From assembly GCA_036785375.1 (NCBI GenBank), contig JAWMAR010000028.1, positions 11,098,001 to 11,162,000 of the forward strand: a DNA stretch of 64,000 nucleotides. Direction: 5' to 3'. Shown here piece by piece: positions 59,101 through 64,000 of the stretch (position 1 is the stretch's first letter; each line of letters begins with the position of its first letter). Both the position numbers and the translations under genes were made by a program. The notes under the pieces were generated by a model. That model was not told the origin of the DNA. It searched no databases and saw only the letters and a program-made list of their open reading frames with translations. The stretch is from Leucoraja ocellata. Its lineage: Eukaryota.

Positions 59101-62100
59101 NNNNNNNNNNNNNNNNNNNACAGAGTTGCAGGTTTGTAGAAACCGAGCAGTTACACAATGTGTGATATGCAGGTGACCCGGCTGGGTGCATGCAATACTA
59201 CCTGGCTGTTTGTTCATCGTGGTCCCCATAGATTTCAGCGTCTGCAACCAGGAGGGTCGGAATGGCGTTGCCAGCCAAGTCCGAAGGGGTAAATATTCAT
59301 GCCTTTTGTCAAGAAAGCAGCAAGTATTGCTTGCGCGCGTTGCTCCTGACCTTACAATCCCGTCCCGGCAATAAATAGGACGTTTGACAAAAGTGCAACT
59401 CACCCGTTGCATAGATGGGGTCGGTTCCAGCAGGGAAGCGGGTGTTGAGGGTGGAGAGTGGTGGCAATGATCCTCCGGCGGCTCGGGTTTGGGCAAGTGG
59501 CTGGCGAGCTGGCTTGCCCCTGCTAATTACAATGAAAGAGCGGCGTGTGTAGAGTGTTCCCGCATTGTGCCCGCAGTCGGAACGCCGGCCTCACTATATA
59601 ACTGACGTGAAGGTGCCTTGACCCGCCTCCGGCAAACCACCGGGTCTTTATTCTTGTTATTTATTGATCTGTACCCGGCCCGCAACACAAAGCAAACAGA
59701 GTTTTCAGCAAAGAATGGCCTTATCTTCTTTCTAAATATCACCGTTTCCATATGAAGTTTATATTTGCAATCTGAGTTACTCCAGCACTTTGTTTTTCTC
59801 TCTCTTGCAAACCAGCATCTGCAGTTGCTTGTGTCTCAAAGTTTATCTTTCTACCTTGCCTTTATTTTGTAAGGAAGGAGGAACACTGAAGAAGGGTTCC
59901 GATCCGAAATGTCACCTATTCCACACATGCTGCCTGACCCGCTGAGTTACTCCAGCACTTGGTGTCTATCTTCAGTAACATCCATCTAATTCGGTTCTTG
60001 TCAAAGTTGTTCTATGGCCACCGTGCTTGCACTCTGGCCAGTAACAACATCCCACCCAATAATTTGGTGCTTGTAAGGTCTTTTTTGCATCTATTGAAGT
60101 TGTTTAGACTTGTACACTCGTTGGCTAATCACATAGACCAGTGGAGACTCAAATATCGTGCCTCACCCCCAATATCCATCCACGAAGTCCTTTTAAAAAT
60201 ATACTTTGAAAGAGTGTGCTCGTTCGCTCTCAATGAGCCAGATTTAATATTTATCTGTAAACAAGTGAAAGCAGTTTAGGTTGTCGCTGGCGCTAATAAC
60301 GACTGTTCCTGCTCCCTCGCCAACACCATGATGATATATTGCTGAACTTACCGCGACGTGAACAGGTCACCCCACCGGGATGGTCTGGATAGGAGACGTA
60401 TTCGGAAGTCGTGCTGGCCAACGTCGTGTTCATTGTTCTTATTGCATTAGCCACGAGCAACATAAAACGTTTCAGACAACGGAAAGGATCCATTTTACGT
60501 GCGAATTCTTGATTCGCTATAGACTGTGTTGGATCAATACTCGCTTTGGTATTGGCACGTTGGGCTGGTGACTGACCCAGATGTCTTAGATTGAACTATT
60601 GATCGGATACAAAGAGTGACTTGAACAATATTCACCCAGAGAGTGGTGGGTATAAGGAACCAGTTGCCAGAGGAGATAGTCGAGGCGAATGCTATAACAA
60701 TATATAAAATATACTTGAAAAGGTACATGGATAGGAAAGGTTTCGAGGCATATGTGCCAAAGACGGGCAGCTGGAACTAGTGTAGATGAGGCAACTTGAT
60801 CTCCATGGGCAAGTTGGGCCGAATGGCTCGTTTCCGTGCTGTATGACTCTAAGGCTTTAGAATATATATTTTTCAAGATTGATTGGTATAGTGTGGTATT
60901 AAAGTGTTGTCTATTAAAGTGACATTTTAAGAAGTTTAAGTTATTATTTATAAGACCTGTATACACGCCACCCAGGCTACGGTACATGGAAAACTTGTGC
61001 ATCTTATATATAGGACTACGAACTTGAACGACTAATTGTAGGTGGAATCACACGACTGCAATCACACGATTGTATGTATAACAGTGTCTATCGCCGTTGG
61101 AATGGCAATGTCCATCAAAGCAACGTCCCCACAAAACAGTCCGAAGGCTGTAGACCAAATTATCACCATTTGGTCCAATGGTGTTTGACGGCACTGGGCC
61201 TGTACTCGCGGAGTTTGAAGACGAGGGGAACCTCATTGAGACTTACCGAACAGTGAAAGGCCTGGATAGAGTGGACGTGGAGAGGATGTTTCCACTAGAA
61301 GGAGAGTCTAAGACCAGAGGTCATAGCCTCAGAATAAAAGGACGTACATTTAGAAAGGAGAGGAATTTCTTCAGTCAGAGGTGGAGAATCTGTGGAATTC
61401 ATTGCCACAGACGGCTGTGGAGCCGTCGATAGATATTTTTAAGACGGAGATTGACAGATTCTTGATTAGCACGGGTGTCCCGGGCCTATGGGGGCGAAGG
61501 CAGGAGAATGGGTTGAGAGGGAAAGATAGAACAGCCATGATTGAATGCCGGAGTAGACCTGATGGGCCGAACGGCCCAATTCTGTTCCTAGAACTAGAAG
61601 CTGTCACACTGCATCTGCATATTATCATATGATAAAAAACAGAAAATGCTGGAGTAACTCCGCGGGTTGGGCAGCGTCTCTGGAGAATAGGTGACGTTCG
61701 GGTCGGGACCCCTGTTCAGATATGAAATGTCACTTATCCACATTATCCAGAGATGTTGCCTGACCCGCTGAGTTACTCCAACACTTTGTATCTTTTTGTT
61801 TGTAGACCAGCATCTATCTGCAATTACCGGTGTCTATATTCTCATACGAAGCCCTCTGCAACCGTTTTGGCCAAGAAGTATCGACCTGTCTATTGTGATC
61901 CAATTCGCCAAACAATTCGCCGTGTAAACAATGCCATGTGAACTGAACATAGAGTATGATCTAGAAGTGTGAGTTTGGGCACCCGTCGTATAAAGGTACA
62001 AACAGTGACTTGAACGAGATTTTTAAAAGATTGATTAATAGACAGAGGCGATGCAAGGCCGTCTATTACAACGAATAACAAAATATTTTCTAAAGGCATA

Positions 62101-63758
62101 TATACCTACCTTCCAGGAATAAACGAAACCTAAGTATACACATAACATAGAGCATAGAACAGTACAGGACAGGGACAGGCCATTCGGCCCACGGTCTGTA
62201 CTGAACATGATGTCAAATTAATCTAATCTCCTCTACCTGCATGTGATCCATTTCTCTCCATTCCCTGCATATCCATGTGCTCGTCCAAAGCCTCTTAAAC
62301 GCCACTTTTGTGTCTGCCTCCACCACCACCCTTTGTATTAAAAACCTGCCCCGCACATCTCCATTAAACTTTAACAGGAAATTGTCCTCTGATACGAATA
62401 TTTATTTGTCCGTCCTGACGTTGTTTGCAACACAGAATACAATACAGGAGATACAAGGAACTGCAGATGCTGGATTGCAAAAAAAAACAAAACACAAAGT
62501 GCTGGAGTAACTCAGCGGGACAGGCGGCATCTCTGGAGAACATGGATAGGTGGCGTTTCATGTCGGGACTTTTTCCAGACTGATATGTTCCTTGGTCTGT
62601 TATACAATATGTTAGTTGATTTCTGGCAATAATGTCAGAAGATTTCCTTGAATTTTATGAAATGTTTTTTGAAACAGAGTCATTTGCGTAACGCGGTAAC
62701 AACGAGTTCTTCATACATTTATTTCGACAATTATGGAGTCATTGCAAAATACTCTCGACTGAGCATCATGTAATGATCAACCCGCCGATGTTGTCTTCGA
62801 ATAAGATCACGGATCGATGCCACCAGAGGTTTTCCTTTCTTTACATCGTGACCCGGACAACTGATAAGTTCTCCGAAGGCAGACACAAAATGCTGGAGTA
62901 TCTCAACAGGACAGGCAGCATCTCTGGAGAGAAGGAATGGGTGACGGTTCTGGTCGAAACCCTTCTGAGAGTCGGGGGCGGGGGGCGGGGGTGGGGGGGG
63001 GAGACTAGAGATATGGAAGGGTAAGATGTGAAATAGACAGATCAAATGAGATGTTCAAGAAGGAACTGCAGATGCTGGAAAATCGAAAGTCGACAAAAGT
63101 GCTGGAGAACTCAGCGGGTGCGGCAGCATCTGTGGAGCGAAGGAAATAGGCAACGTTTCGGGCCGAACCCCTTCTTCAGCGAGATGCTGTAAAGGAAATG
63201 TTGAAAGGTCATTGTTAGGACGGAACTGGGTCTGTTGGAATGGTCTCGACCCGAAATGTCACCTATTCTTTCTCTCCGGAGATGCTGTCTGATCCACTGA
63301 GTTACTCCAGCTTTTTGTGTCTATCCATGGTTCAGTGTTGGCTGAGGGGAAGTTCTCCGCTCGCTGGTTAAACTCATGAACTAACCAGCATCCAAGGGCC
63401 GTGTGGCACGTGTTTCCATCCTTTAGCCTTCACTGTCGTACAGAGTGAAGAAACCTTCCAGCAAGTGATCAATTCCAATGCCTGACCCGCTGACTTACTC
63501 CAATATCTTCTGTCTACCTTCGGTTTAAAACCAGCATCTGCAGTTCCTTCCTACACAATTCAAATAGGTCTCCAGGGGTGTTTCAAAGTGGCATCGCACT
63601 TAGATGGGAGTTTAATTTATTTTTGGGCCTTGTCATTAAACTGTCATTGATAAGAACCGATGAGTTGTGGATTACAGTAAAGCGGGCAGCGACCCGGCGA
63701 ACAACAATCCAAGTGTAACTACAGCCTTCCCTGGAAGCTGAGTTTTGAGCAACTTTCT

Positions 63759-63789
<31 letters not shown>

Positions 63790-64000
63790 AGCTAAAGCCG
63801 CGCGATATCTTCCTGTTTCAAGAGTGCTTTCTGCATCTGCAACAAAAAACATCTTCAAAGTTAGAAACTTTTGGAATGACATAAATAAATTGGTGATTAT
63901 ATCCATTAAATAATGACAGCGATAGTTGGGTAGCACGCGTCCATTGCAATGTCATTACTCGGTCACGTTCATTGATTGATTGACACCGCGGCTCTTTCCA

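Larger units (their letters stand above)
34166..64000 (+). repeat. Copy 2 of the ~30-kb direct duplication (runs off the window end)
   Basis: Starts immediately after the 200-N gap and is near-identical to 4071-33345. Confidence 0.98.

Noticed and set aside
297-63560. Recurring ~30-bp motifs as a CRISPR array
   Set aside because: The copies are dispersed, in both orientations and irregularly spaced, with no cas genes, in vertebrate DNA.

Overview
Eukaryotic (vertebrate) genomic DNA, not prokaryotic. The repeat content (HE1/V-SINE-like SINEs, CR1-type LINE 3' ends, very abundant short Penelope-like fragments) points to a cartilaginous fish, probably a skate or ray (inference). The only protein-coding gene I can support is the LIM-homeobox gene lhx9 on the minus strand: 5 coding exons (174+203+356+203+264 nt = 399 aa) plus an intact alternative last exon (Lhx9-alpha, GEQILGHYSHTSRRLKIP*) that truncates the homeodomain. 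The locus is present twice: about 4071-33345 is repeated almost identically at 34166-64000, on the other side of an exactly 200-N gap. This is most likely two haplotypes assembled in tandem, although a real recent duplication is not excluded. Comparing the copies exposes a 95-bp insertion with a 12-bp target-site duplication beside a CTCF-like motif, a 482-bp indel and a 27-bp hairpin deletion. The most unusual signal is that the commonest short repeat carries a minimal hammerhead-ribozyme core (CUGAAGA-A-stem II-GAAACGUH), often forms inverted hairpins and appears to have moved recently. Most other ORFs in the track are repeat-derived or spurious. All identifications come from reading the sequence and from recalled family knowledge; no searches were run.
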